Below the pieces are notes generated by a model. That model saw only the letters and a list, made by a program, of their open reading frames with translations, had not been told where the DNA came from and did not search any database. From an uncultured Thermotogae bacterium (GTDB taxonomy: Bacteria; Bipolaricaulota; Bipolaricaulia; CAYUCE01), in NCBI GenBank assembly GCA_964443275.1, contig CAYUCE010000022.1, positions 1 through 27,603 of the forward strand: a stretch of DNA of 27,603 bases. The letters run 5' to 3'. This document shows positions 5,878 through 15,269 of this stretch, piece by piece (the stretch's first letter is position 1; the number at the start of each line of letters is the position of its first letter). The position numbers and the translations under genes were made by a program.

Positions 5878-8170
5878 TTTTATCTACCTCCTGTGATTGA
5901 GAAGTTGGATTTAGAAATTTTGGCTCCAAAGTTAACAGTATAGCGGGAATAATGGTGAATGCGCTGACCGCACTTACTACCATGGTCATGGATATAAGCA
6001 AACCAAAGTTAGCCGTCCCTTTAAAAGTAGAAAACAGGAGTACGGCAAATCCCAGGGTAAGTGCTACCGCGTTATAGGTGATCCCCCTCCCGGTAGTATG
6101 AAGGGTTGAGGAGAGTGACTGTTTGGGAGTCTGACCCTGACTATATTCCTCTTTAAATCGGCTAATAAAATGAATGGCATAATCGATTCCAATACCTACC
6201 GCAATTGAGGAAATCATCAGGGTAGCCATATCTAATGGGGTGTTGGAAAAACCCATTACCCCAAAGTTTACCACAACGGTCATCACCAGGGGAATAAGAC
6301 TAATTAAACCGGCAATTAAGGATCCCATTAGCAAGGCTACAATTAAACCTGCGGCCAAAATGGCAGTAACCAAACTGGTAATCTGGCTGGTAACAATTTT
6401 ATCAAAGAGTGTTGCTCCCAGGCGGGTACCCCCCACCATCTCGGCTCGCAAAACTGAGAAGTTTTCATCCAAATAATTTTGAACTTCGGTTTTCAGTTTG
6501 ACCAGCTTAGAGCTACCCATCGTATTATAAAAACCAATTAACTCCCCGGCAGAAAAATTGCCCAGAGCCATATTGCCCAAATCCCCACCGCCAAAAGTGA
6601 ACAGAAAGAGCAGTTCTTCCGCCTCTTGCTGAGTCTCGGGTATCCGGTAAAAATTTGGGTCGTCAGCGTGGAAGGTCTGATTCATTTCCCGTACTAGGTT
6701 GGTAATGGAGATCGTTTTATTAATCTGTACCCCCGGTTTATTCAAAAGCCATTGCTCTAAGTCAACCATCTTTTTCAGAACGGCGGGGTCTTTCAGCCCG
6801 TCCTGGCGCTCTGTATCAACCTCTATCACCACTTGTTCGCTTCCCGAAAAGTGTTCATCCATCACCTCTGTCCCTTTGACTACCGGGTGATTCTCCCCCA
6901 GAAACTCCTTTTGTGAAGTTTCTACTCTGACCATGAGAGTTCCTATAACGCAGACAACGAATATCACCATAGCCACGCCCAATACCAGTTTTCGATGTCT
7001 TCTCACTAACCAATCGAACCCGGACAACACCTTTCCTAATGGACCTTTTTTAATGTCCATTTTACGCTGGGGGAGCTTGAGAATGGAGAGGAGGGCCGGT
7101 ATAAAGATCAGAGTAAGTAACATCGCTATCCCTACTCCAAAGGCGGTGAATATTCCAAATTGCCTTTGGGGAATAAGAAAGGAACTAATCAAGGATAGAA
7201 AACCGGCTGCGGTGGTCAGCCCGGCCATAGAAACTGGAGAAACCATCATCATGGTAGTTTCTACTACTGCCTCCCGGCGAGACTTGCCGTGGGAGATCTC
7301 TTCGTAATATTTGTTCAATACGTGGATGCAGTAAGCTATTCCAATGGCCATCAATATTACCGGTAGTATAAAGGATATAATAGTGAACGGTACCTTGGTG
7401 ATGGCCATTGCTCCCACCGTCCACACGGTACTTAACGAGACCACCAGCAGAGGAAGAAGTACCCCTCGGAGGCTCCAGAAGCTAAGATACAATACGGCTA
7501 CGATAACCAAAATAACCAGGGGAAGCATGATTCTTAAGTCCCTCCCCATGGATTGGGATAGAACCAAATTCATATAAGGCAGTCCGGATATAAGTATGCT
7601 TTCCGGCCCCCTGTACTTCTCAACTACATCAATGACCCCTTTGGCTGCTTCAACTTGATCGGCGTCTTTTTTTAGCTCGATGGAAATAGCGGCTGCCTTC
7701 CCATCACCGGCCACAAATCTATTCCTTATCATCCGGCTGCCCATGACCCTTTCTTTGTACTCCTGCATGGCCTCTTCGGTGGTGGGCACTTCCCCGTTTG
7801 GAGCAGCCGAACTAACTACCAATGATTTCTCCTTACCTATAATTACTTGTGCATTTAAGGGACCGGTTACTTCCTCCACACCAACTATGTCCTCGAACTC
7901 ACGGCTCATTTTCTTTATCTTTTCTAAAGTAGAGGTCTTAAATATGGTGTCTTCGTTCTTTACCGCTATCATAAAGAAGGTTTGAGAACCATACCGGTCC
8001 TCCGCCCGCTCCATTGCCTTAACTGCTGGATCCTCTTTGGACAGATAATCTTTGAAATTTGTCTCCATGGTAAGTTGAGGGAGAAAAATCCCAAAGCCAA
8101 TAGTTAAAAACACGATAAATCCTATGATTATAAAGGAATGGTCGACGATCCATTCAACGATCTTTTTCAT
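5864..8170 (-). CDS. MMPL/RND superfamily membrane transporter (12 TM helices, two large periplasmic loops)
   Basis: 768 aa. Two repeated halves, each with a large soluble loop followed by a 5-TM bundle (…GIGIDYAIHF…). Architecture typical of the MMPL/HpnN-like RND exporter family. Confidence 0.85.
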   Translation of the reverse strand: MKKIVEWIVDHSFIIIGFIVFLTIGFGIFLPQLTMETNFKDYLSKEDPAVKAMERAEDRYGSQTFFMIAVKNEDTIFKTSTLEKIKKMSREFEDIVGVEEVTGPLNAQVIIGKEKSLVVSSAAPNGEVPTTEEAMQEYKERVMGSRMIRNRFVAGDGKAAAISIELKKDADQVEAAKGVIDVVEKYRGPESILISGLPYMNLVLSQSMGRDLRIMLPLVILVIVAVLYLSFWSLRGVLLPLLVVSLSTVWTVGAMAITKVPFTIISFILPVILMAIGIAYCIHVLNKYYEEISHGKSRREAVVETTMMMVSPVSMAGLTTAAGFLSLISSFLIPQRQFGIFTAFGVGIAMLLTLIFIPALLSILKLPQRKMDIKKGPLGKVLSGFDWLVRRHRKLVLGVAMVIFVVCVIGTLMVRVETSQKEFLGENHPVVKGTEVMDEHFSGSEQVVIEVDTERQDGLKDPAVLKKMVDLEQWLLNKPGVQINKTISITNLVREMNQTFHADDPNFYRIPETQQEAEELLFLFTFGGGDLGNMALGNFSAGELIGFYNTMGSSKLVKLKTEVQNYLDENFSVLRAEMVGGTRLGATLFDKIVTSQITSLVTAILAAGLIVALLMGSLIAGLISLIPLVMTVVVNFGVMGFSNTPLDMATLMISSIAVGIGIDYAIHFISRFKEEYSQGQTPKQSLSSTLHTTGRGITYNAVALTLGFAVLLFSTFKGTANFGLLISMTMVVSAVSAFTIIPAILLTLEPKFLNPTSQSQEVDKNEKS

Positions 8171-8180
8171 TTTTTAGCTC

Positions 8181-8702
8181 CTAACCGGAAATCCATCCAT
8201 TCCGTAAAAGAACCCCGGCCAAAAGTGCAGGAAATAGGGACTCACTTACATCCACAGCCTCTACTTGAAATATTCTTTCTATCATTGAGGATAAAGTTTC
8301 AATTCCCTCCCTTACTGGCGACTTCATCCGATGATTAATCGGGGCGGAAAGGAGCCACACTTCCTGGACACTAACATCATCCAACCCTTTGGGGAATAGT
8401 AATATGAGATCATATTTTTTATCCGCGGTTTTTCTCTTGAGCGGGTTTTCGTAGCTCGATTCGACGTCGGCGATTTCAGCTGACAAGTCAAAAATCCCCA
8501 TCTTTTGAATATTTCCGGCCAGGACCTCTATTCTCATTGATTGTTGAAAGGTCTTGGTTTCATCTATTATCAAAAGCGAAATTTTGCTTACTTGTTCACT
8601 TTGGGCGCTTTGACCCCAAACTATAAGGCCACAAGAAAGCAAAAGTAGCAAAATTATGAGCACCAAAATAGGCCTGCTTTTATTTAAAGACATAATAATC
8701 AC
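8181..8702 (-). CDS. Hypothetical exported protein or lipoprotein encoded between the TetR and MMPL genes
   Basis: Signal peptide MIIMSLNKSRPILVLIILLLLLSCG (lipobox-like LLSC). No recognisable domain. Overlaps the TetR stop by 4 nt. Confidence 0.5.
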   Translation of the reverse strand: MIIMSLNKSRPILVLIILLLLLSCGLIVWGQSAQSEQVSKISLLIIDETKTFQQSMRIEVLAGNIQKMGIFDLSAEIADVESSYENPLKRKTADKKYDLILLFPKGLDDVSVQEVWLLSAPINHRMKSPVREGIETLSSMIERIFQVEAVDVSESLFPALLAGVLLRNGWISG

Positions 8703-9328
8703 TCTCCTGTTGCGTTTTTTAGCAATCTTTCTATAGCTATAGCCAGTTCTTTGGGGGCCTTATTTAAGATCTTCTCCGCCTGTTTATCCTCATACAAAAC
8801 TCCCCGAGTGGTAGCTGACACTATCATCCCAAAAAGCCCGTGAGCGATGATACCAGCATCACAAGGCACCACCTCTTTCCTTTTTATTCCTTCTTCGATG
8901 ATTTCTGATATATATCCGGCCATATCGTCGCGCAGCTTCTTCAGTTCTTCTCGCAACTTTTCTTCCGGAGCCAGCATCTCCATCAGAAGAACCCGGGTAA
9001 GATTTTTACGTTCTCTTGCTCGACTAAAGTGCATCTCCAACATCTCTCCTATTTTGTCCCATCGGGAGAGTCCGCTGGCCGACAGGTCGGCGAAGAACTT
9101 TTTTCTCTGCTCGATTTCCCTGTGAAAGATGTAAATCAAAATATCTTTTTTCCCTTCAAAATAGTGGTAAATAGTTCCTACCGCCACCCCCGCCTCTTGG
9201 GCTATAGCTGGCATATTGGTAGAATGAAAACCTTTTTCGGCAAAGACGCGAGTGGCAGCTTCCCTGATTAGCTCCTTTTTGGATACCTCATGATCATCTT
9301 TAGCTTTTTCTGTTTTCTCTTCGGTCAT
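8699..9328 (-). CDS. TetR/AcrR family transcriptional regulator
   Basis: HTH signature ...AATRVFAEKGFHSTNMPAIAQEAGVAVGTIYHYFEGKKDIL. Probable start is the ATG at 9328 (MTEEKTEKAK...). The ORF track's TTG at 9409 would add 27 residues that overlap a hairpin and a direct repeat. Confidence 0.75.
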   Translation of the reverse strand: MTEEKTEKAKDDHEVSKKELIREAATRVFAEKGFHSTNMPAIAQEAGVAVGTIYHYFEGKKDILIYIFHREIEQRKKFFADLSASGLSRWDKIGEMLEMHFSRARERKNLTRVLLMEMLAPEEKLREELKKLRDDMAGYISEIIEEGIKRKEVVPCDAGIIAHGLFGMIVSATTRGVLYEDKQAEKILNKAPKELAIAIERLLKNATGE

Positions 9329-9522
9329 AATATTTGCGGCTAGATTTTCGAATGAACGTTCAATCGAAATCTTACCATAATATTTGCCCCTTGTCAACGC
9401 AGGGGCCAAACTTCTTTAACTATAGATAGATTCTATCCGTCCCGGTTTATCGAAAAGCCCAAAACCTCATTTTTAAAAAGTCCTGGGACTACTACCGGTT
9501 AACTTGACTGACAGATAAGTAT

Positions 9523-9828
9523 TTGCTACCATTTATCAAAAGTTTTTTAGCAAACAAGGTGATCAAAATTCCTACTACGAAATCAGCCAAGAAGCGCTTA
9601 AGGCAAAATATAAAGCGAAGAAAAAGAAACCAGCGAAGAAAGAAAGCCATAAAATCTACCCTTAAAGAAATTAACCAGTACATCTCCAACGGGGATAAAG
9701 AGAAGGCGAAAAGCAAGCTTTCCGAATTGAAAAAGTCAGTGGATAAAGCAGTGGCTAGAAACATTATCCACAAAAACAAAGGGTCCAGAATAAAATCTAA
9801 GATTACCCGCCGGGTAAACGATCTTTAA
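9523..9828 (+). CDS. rpsT: 30S ribosomal protein S20 (bS20)
   Basis: ...KSAKKRLRQNIKRRKRNQ...GDKEKAKSKL...ARNIIHKNKGSRIKSK matches the bS20 pattern. The true start may be the GTG at 9559 (MIKIPTTKSAKKR). Confidence 0.8.
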   Translation: MLPFIKSFLANKVIKIPTTKSAKKRLRQNIKRRKRNQRRKKAIKSTLKEINQYISNGDKEKAKSKLSELKKSVDKAVARNIIHKNKGSRIKSKITRRVNDL

Positions 9829-10727
9829 TGGAATTTAATATAGATTTTCTAAAAGCTAGAAAGATATGGGGCTCTATTTCCATAGCCTTAGTTATTCTAG
9901 GGGCACTACTTTTAGTCTTCGTGGGACTCAATCCCGGTATTGACTTCACCGGGGGTACCCAACTGCGCATTCAATTTGAAAATGATGTTTCTACAGCACA
10001 GATCCGAGACGTTTTGGCAAAAATCTCATTGTCAGGATTAGACCTTTCCAAGAGTACCATCCAGGAATTTAGGGACCTGAAAAATGTTTATGTTTACACC
10101 ATCGTTATGAAAACCACCGGAGAAGAAGAAGTTAACTCCGTTATTTCAGGTTTAAATAATCAACTGGAAGGGGGCATGGAGATTCTTTCCAGAGAGGTTA
10201 TAGGAAGCCAAATAAGCCAGGAATTGACCAAAAAGGGTTGGCAAGCCATCTTAATAGCACTACTTGTAATACTGATCTATATAACTTTGCGCTTCCAATT
10301 CAAGTACGCTTTGGGAGCAGTGGCCGCACTGGTTCACGATGTAACGGTAGCCTTGGCCGTGTTCGCCATCTTCAAAATTGAGGTCAACTTGCCGGTGATA
10401 GCTGCCTTCCTGACCATAATAGGATATTCTTTAAATGATACTATAGTCATTTTCGATAGGGTGCGTGAGAATGTCGGCTCGAAATTGATGAGAAAAGCTC
10501 CCTTTTATGATATTATAAATAAAAGTATCAACCAGAGCTTATCCCGCACCATAAATACCAGCTTAACCACATTTATTCCGGTTATAATTTTATTTATGTT
10601 TGGTGGATCGGTGCTTAAGGCTTTTTCATTGGCCTTGCTCATCGGAGTAATCGTGGGAACTTATTCTTCCATCTATGTAGCCAATCCCATTGCTTATCTT
10701 CTGACCCAGTTAGAAGCTTCCGAATGA
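9828..10727 (+). CDS. secF: Protein translocase subunit SecF
   Basis: 299 aa, 6 TM. Conserved GIDFTGGT motif and SecD/SecF C-terminal membrane domain. ATG overlaps the rpsT stop. Confidence 0.9.
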   Translation: MEFNIDFLKARKIWGSISIALVILGALLLVFVGLNPGIDFTGGTQLRIQFENDVSTAQIRDVLAKISLSGLDLSKSTIQEFRDLKNVYVYTIVMKTTGEEEVNSVISGLNNQLEGGMEILSREVIGSQISQELTKKGWQAILIALLVILIYITLRFQFKYALGAVAALVHDVTVALAVFAIFKIEVNLPVIAAFLTIIGYSLNDTIVIFDRVRENVGSKLMRKAPFYDIINKSINQSLSRTINTSLTTFIPVIILFMFGGSVLKAFSLALLIGVIVGTYSSIYVANPIAYLLTQLEASE

Positions 10728-12448
10728 GGTCGCTGGTTACTGATAGAGTTTGGACCTTTAATCCCCCTGACTTAAAGCTTGTAAATCGCATAAAAAAGAA
10801 TCTAACCTGTACGGATTCTTTCGCCCCAATATTGGCCGCCCGGAGTAATCAGGACCCTCAATTTTCTCACAGGTTAATTGAATCCGATCTATCCAATCTA
10901 CGCTCTCCGTACAAACTGGATGGAATCAAGTCAGCCCTCCAAAGGTTAGAGAAAGCAAGAGCCTCAGGCGAAAAGCTATTTATTCACGGAGATTTCGACG
11001 TGGATGGACTGACTTCTTCCAGTTTGCTTTATATGGCCTTACGGGAACTTGGGCTGAATCAAATAAAGGTGGAGGTTGGAGACCGGGCCACCGGTCATGG
11101 ATTAGACTCACTCACCGTAAAGAAAATAATTGATGAGGACTTCGATTTACTCATAACTTGTGACTGTGGGATAAACAGCGTGGCTGAGGTTAAAACCTTA
11201 AAGGAAAATGGAGTGGATACCATAATCACCGACCACCACAGCCCGCCGCAACATCTTCCTGATGCGCTGGCAATCCTAAATCCGAAGCTTGATTCCTGCA
11301 GTTACCCAAACAGGTTTTTGGCCGGGGTGGGTGTGGCTTACAAGCTAATTTCTGCTTTCATGCAACAGTTGGGTATAGAAAGCGAGCTTTACGAAAAATA
11401 CTTGGATTTAGTAATGCTGGGGACGGTAGCCGATTTGGTCCCTTTAGTGAAGGATAAGGAGGCCGAAAACAAGCTCTTAGTGACTCAGGGGTTAAAGAAT
11501 CTGGCCGAAGGCGTGGGCAATAAGGGACTTAAAGTCTTGATTGAGAAACTCTCCCTTAAACCAAAAGATTTAACCGCCGGACGTATAAGCTATATCGTTG
11601 CACCCCATTTGAACGCTGCCAATCGGGTTGGAGACCCCAGAGTAGCCTTTTTGCTGCTTACCACCAATAAAAAAGGGCGCGCTTCATATCTTGCAGATGT
11701 GCTCATCGATTACAACCGAGATAGGCGAATAGGACAAGATGAGCTTAAAAGTCAGGCCGATGAACTGCTTAGTTCCAGTAAAGCGAATCAAAAAGGTGAT
11801 AAAATAATTATCTTAGATGGAGATAATTGGAATCCAGGGATTATTGGGCTTATAGCTTCCCAAATGGTGGAAGAGCATAAGCTACCCGCGATTTTGATTT
11901 CCAAAAAGGGAGGGATTAGTCAAGCCTCTTGCCGAAGCATTCCTGAGTTTAATCTGATGGAGTGTCTGGAGGATCATAAGCACTTGTTCGTCCAATACGG
12001 CGGCCATGAACTAGCAGCCGGTTTTAAAATAAAAAATAAAAATATCCCCACTTTAAAGGAAAAAATCAAGGATTATGCTAAACATAAGCTAGCCGGTCTC
12101 ACTTGCCCGCCACTGTCCATTGATGCAAAGGTTTTACCGAAGGAGATCGATTTCAAACTACATGGGGAGATTTCAAAACTCTCACCTTTCGGAATGGGCA
12201 ATCCTAAACCCTTACTTTTTACAGATGAAGCAGAAATCGATAAAGTTGGACCAGTAGGAAACCAAGACAAACACTTAAAATTTACAGCCAACCTTAGCGG
12301 TAAGGACTTCGAAGTCATAGGCTACGGGTGGGGAAAGTACGAAAACGAAGTTAGCAACCTTCATAAGGCAAAGCTCATCTTCAGACTTGGAGTTAATAAT
12401 TGGATGGGCAAAAAACGGGTGCAGTTGGAGTTAGAAGATTTGGTTTGA
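10724..12448 (+). CDS. recJ: Single-stranded-DNA-specific exonuclease RecJ
   Basis: DHH motifs (FIHGDFDVDGLTS, ITDHHSPPQ), DHHA1 domain and C-terminal OB-like region. About 574 aa. ATGA overlap with secF. Confidence 0.9.
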   Translation: MRSLVTDRVWTFNPPDLKLVNRIKKNLTCTDSFAPILAARSNQDPQFSHRLIESDLSNLRSPYKLDGIKSALQRLEKARASGEKLFIHGDFDVDGLTSSSLLYMALRELGLNQIKVEVGDRATGHGLDSLTVKKIIDEDFDLLITCDCGINSVAEVKTLKENGVDTIITDHHSPPQHLPDALAILNPKLDSCSYPNRFLAGVGVAYKLISAFMQQLGIESELYEKYLDLVMLGTVADLVPLVKDKEAENKLLVTQGLKNLAEGVGNKGLKVLIEKLSLKPKDLTAGRISYIVAPHLNAANRVGDPRVAFLLLTTNKKGRASYLADVLIDYNRDRRIGQDELKSQADELLSSSKANQKGDKIIILDGDNWNPGIIGLIASQMVEEHKLPAILISKKGGISQASCRSIPEFNLMECLEDHKHLFVQYGGHELAAGFKIKNKNIPTLKEKIKDYAKHKLAGLTCPPLSIDAKVLPKEIDFKLHGEISKLSPFGMGNPKPLLFTDEAEIDKVGPVGNQDKHLKFTANLSGKDFEVIGYGWGKYENEVSNLHKAKLIFRLGVNNWMGKKRVQLELEDLV

Positions 12449-12455
12449 TTAGGCT

Positions 12456-13916
12456 TTATTCAAATTTTCGATAATTGGGAGCTTCTTTGGTTATTTGTAC
12501 ATCGTGGGGATGGGATTCAAGAAGACCGGCATGGGTTACCTTGATAAACTGGGCCCTTTCCCCAAGGGCAGTAAGATCCTTGGCCCCCACATAACCCATT
12601 CCTGCTTTCAAACCCCCGATTAGTTGATAAGTTACATCGGACAGCTTACCTTTGTATTTGGTTCTCCCCTCAACCCCTTCCGCAATGGGCTTATCATTTT
12701 CTGTCCATCCGTAGCGGTCACTGGCCCCCTTTTTCATGGCGGTCAGTGAACCCATTCCCCGATAGGCTTTATAGCTTTCTCCACGCAGTGTAAATAGTTC
12801 ACCCGGAGCCTCATCCGTACCTGCAAATAAGCTACCTATCATAACCGCGTTGGCCCCGGCCGCCAGAGCCTTTACTATATCTCCAGAAAATCTTATTCCT
12901 CCATCTGCAATTGTGGAAATATCGTGCTTTTTGGCTTCCTCCACACAGGACTGGATAGCGGTTAGTTGAGGTACTCCAATTCCTGCCACCACTCGGGTAG
13001 TACAAATGGCACTCGGTCCTACCCCTATTTTTATGGCATCCGCTCCTGCTTTGATCAGATCATGCGTAGCTTTCTGAGTGGCCACGTTCCCGGCGATGAC
13101 TTCCACATCTAAACCCTCGGTTAACTCCTTTAACTTCCTAGTTTTCTCTAACACCTTTGTCGAATGCCCGTGGGCAGTATCCACTACTAGAAAATCAACC
13201 TCCGCTTCTAAGAGTTGTCTTTCCCTCTCCATATCTAAATTCGCGCCGACGGCAGCTCCCACAATTAGCCTCCCCCGGCTGTCTTTACAAGCGTTAGGAA
13301 ACTTGGCTGCTTTCAGAATGTCCTTCATAGTAATTAGGCCTTGTAATTTAAAATCACCATCTACTAGAGGCAGCTTTTCAATCCGGTGTTCGGACATTAT
13401 TTTACCTGCTTGCTCGTGACTTATATCAAAAGAAGCGGTGATTAGATCCTCTCTAGGAGTCATCATCTCACTTATAGATCTTTGAAGCTTTTCTTTAAAT
13501 TGCAAATCTCTTATAGTAATAATTCCCTCTAGCTCATTCGTTCCCGGTTTCACGATCGGTATACCGGAAATATTTCTGCTTTCCATAACCGCCAATGCTT
13601 TTCTCAGCGGTTCCTCACTAGTCAAGGTAATAGGATCCTTAATTATCCCTGCCTCAAAGCGCTTTACACTTCTTACCTCCTCAGCCTGTTCTTCGGGGGA
13701 AAGGTTTCTATGAATAACACCGGCTCCTCCCTGCTGAGCAAGGGCGACAGCTAATTTGCTTTCAGTAACTGTGTCCATAGCTGCGGAAAGAAGAGGAATT
13801 TTTAGACTAATTTGTTTGGTGAGTTGGGTGGAAACATCTACTTCCTGGGGTAGGACTTCGGATCGTCGGGGAACAAGCAGAACATCGTCAAAGGTAAGCC
13901 CCGTTTCTAACTTCAT
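12456..13916 (-). CDS. guaB: Inosine-5'-monophosphate dehydrogenase
   Basis: [17 protein letters not shown]-terminus. Tandem CBS domains. Catalytic loop [11 protein letters not shown]. GGxxxGMGY... motif. 486 aa. Confidence 0.95.
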   Translation of the reverse strand: MKLETGLTFDDVLLVPRRSEVLPQEVDVSTQLTKQISLKIPLLSAAMDTVTESKLAVALAQQGGAGVIHRNLSPEEQAEEVRSVKRFEAGIIKDPITLTSEEPLRKALAVMESRNISGIPIVKPGTNELEGIITIRDLQFKEKLQRSISEMMTPREDLITASFDISHEQAGKIMSEHRIEKLPLVDGDFKLQGLITMKDILKAAKFPNACKDSRGRLIVGAAVGANLDMERERQLLEAEVDFLVVDTAHGHSTKVLEKTRKLKELTEGLDVEVIAGNVATQKATHDLIKAGADAIKIGVGPSAICTTRVVAGIGVPQLTAIQSCVEEAKKHDISTIADGGIRFSGDIVKALAAGANAVMIGSLFAGTDEAPGELFTLRGESYKAYRGMGSLTAMKKGASDRYGWTENDKPIAEGVEGRTKYKGKLSDVTYQLIGGLKAGMGYVGAKDLTALGERAQFIKVTHAGLLESHPHDVQITKEAPNYRKFE

Positions 13917-13987
13917 CTCTCTCCCTCCAGATTGCTCTTTTTAATTCCTACACTTATCTGTTTTTTGTAAATACCCATTGAGAGGGA

Positions 13988-14401
13988 TTAATCCTTCACC
14001 TCGTATTCGACTGAAATATAGTCCTTCTCCGCTTTTTCACTGACCTTTCTAGTGAATTTTTTCGAAATCCAATTAGTAAAAAACCTTCTACTGGCGGGTA
14101 TTAAGCCCAATAACCCCAAAGCGTCAGTGATAATACCCGGGGTAATTAAAAGGGTACCTGAGACCAAGATAAAAGCCCCATCTATAAGTTCCTGGCCCGG
14201 AAGGGTACCTGAATCAAGCTTGGCTCTAATCTTATACAGACAAGATAGACCCTCTCTTTTGGCCAAATAGCCCCCAACTGCACCGGTTATCACCACTAAA
14301 AGAACTGTATTTAAAACCCCAATCAGTCTGCCTATCTCGATAAGTAGAAACAGCTCTATTAACGGAATGGATATAAATATAATGAAAAATCTAGCTAACA
14401 T
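13988..14401 (-). CDS. fxsA: FxsA family cytoplasmic membrane protein
   Basis: Small 2-TM protein with the characteristic LLITPGIITDALGLLGLIP motif (compare E. coli FxsA LLLLPGFFTDFLGLLLLLP). Confidence 0.7.
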   Translation of the reverse strand: MLARFFIIFISIPLIELFLLIEIGRLIGVLNTVLLVVITGAVGGYLAKREGLSCLYKIRAKLDSGTLPGQELIDGAFILVSGTLLITPGIITDALGLLGLIPASRRFFTNWISKKFTRKVSEKAEKDYISVEYEVKD

Positions 14402-14578
14402 AGTTACTTTTAAGAATACATAAACTTACACTTTGAGTCAAGAGAACTCACTTTTAGCACCCCGGTTTGATCCATTAACACAGGGAAACCGAAACCACAG
14501 CTAATTGCAAACCCACAAGTTAAACGATAAGATTTAAATTGATAGTAAACATTTTGAAAATAGAAGGGGGAGTGAGAA

Positions 14579-15169
14579 ATGGCATCGGAAGAAGAGATAA
14601 AAGAGGAAACTACCCGGAAGAAGGAAGGGGAAATAATAGAAGATTTAGGACGAATCACCGTCGCTGAGGAAGTTATAGCTTCCATAGCTGCCACCGCGGC
14701 CTCGGAAGTAGAAGGCCTAGGGGAGATGAAATCCTCCGTGGCTGAAGATATAGTAGGAATTTTTGGAAGTAAAAGGAAAGGCGTGGAAACCGTACTCAGC
14801 AAAGATGGAGTAAGTATCGCCTTAAAAGTCGCCGTTAAATATGGGCACCAAATCCACAAAGTGGCAAAAAGCATCCAGAAGAGAGTAAAGGAGAAAGTCG
14901 AGAAAACTACCGGGCTCTCAGTAACAAAAGTAGATGTTTTCGTAGAAAAATTGCAGATACATGAGGAAGAAGAGGAGTTAAAAGAAAGTGAGCTTTATGA
15001 GGTGGCTTTGGAGTACATCCAGGAAAGCACCCAAGGGATATCCTTGGTTGATTTGGGAGAAACTATAGGGGTGGATTGGAGAAGGCTAATCCCATTGGTC
15101 AATCAAATGATAGACGAAGGGTTGGTAAAAAAGGAGGACAAAAAGTACTTTCCCACCGAACCCCTCTAG
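14579..15169 (+). CDS. Asp23/Gls24 family envelope-stress (alkaline shock) protein with a C-terminal extension
   Basis: GRITVAEEVIASIAATAASEVEGL... is typical of the Asp23 (DUF322) fold. Strong RBS AGAAGGGGGAG. Confidence 0.7.
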   Translation: MASEEEIKEETTRKKEGEIIEDLGRITVAEEVIASIAATAASEVEGLGEMKSSVAEDIVGIFGSKRKGVETVLSKDGVSIALKVAVKYGHQIHKVAKSIQKRVKEKVEKTTGLSVTKVDVFVEKLQIHEEEEELKESELYEVALEYIQESTQGISLVDLGETIGVDWRRLIPLVNQMIDEGLVKKEDKKYFPTEPL

Positions 15170-15269
15170 GCAGAAATGTTAGTAATAATCTTTCCATCTT
15201 TAGCCGACTGGAACTTTTTTGTTATTTGAGAAGAAAAATTGGATTAGAAGATAGATAATTTGTCACGGC

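Noticed and set aside
14402-14578. Looked for tRNA or other small RNA genes in intergenic regions (14402-14578, 15170-15269, 24689-24803, 27296-27460)
   Set aside because: No cloverleaf-compatible acceptor and T-arm pattern or other recognisable RNA-gene signature could be found by eye. A tRNAscan/Infernal run would be needed to exclude them.
14410-14874. 154-aa minus-strand ORF
   Set aside because: Low-complexity and Ser-rich. It overlaps antisense to the well-supported Asp23-family gene (14579-15169), which has a strong RBS.
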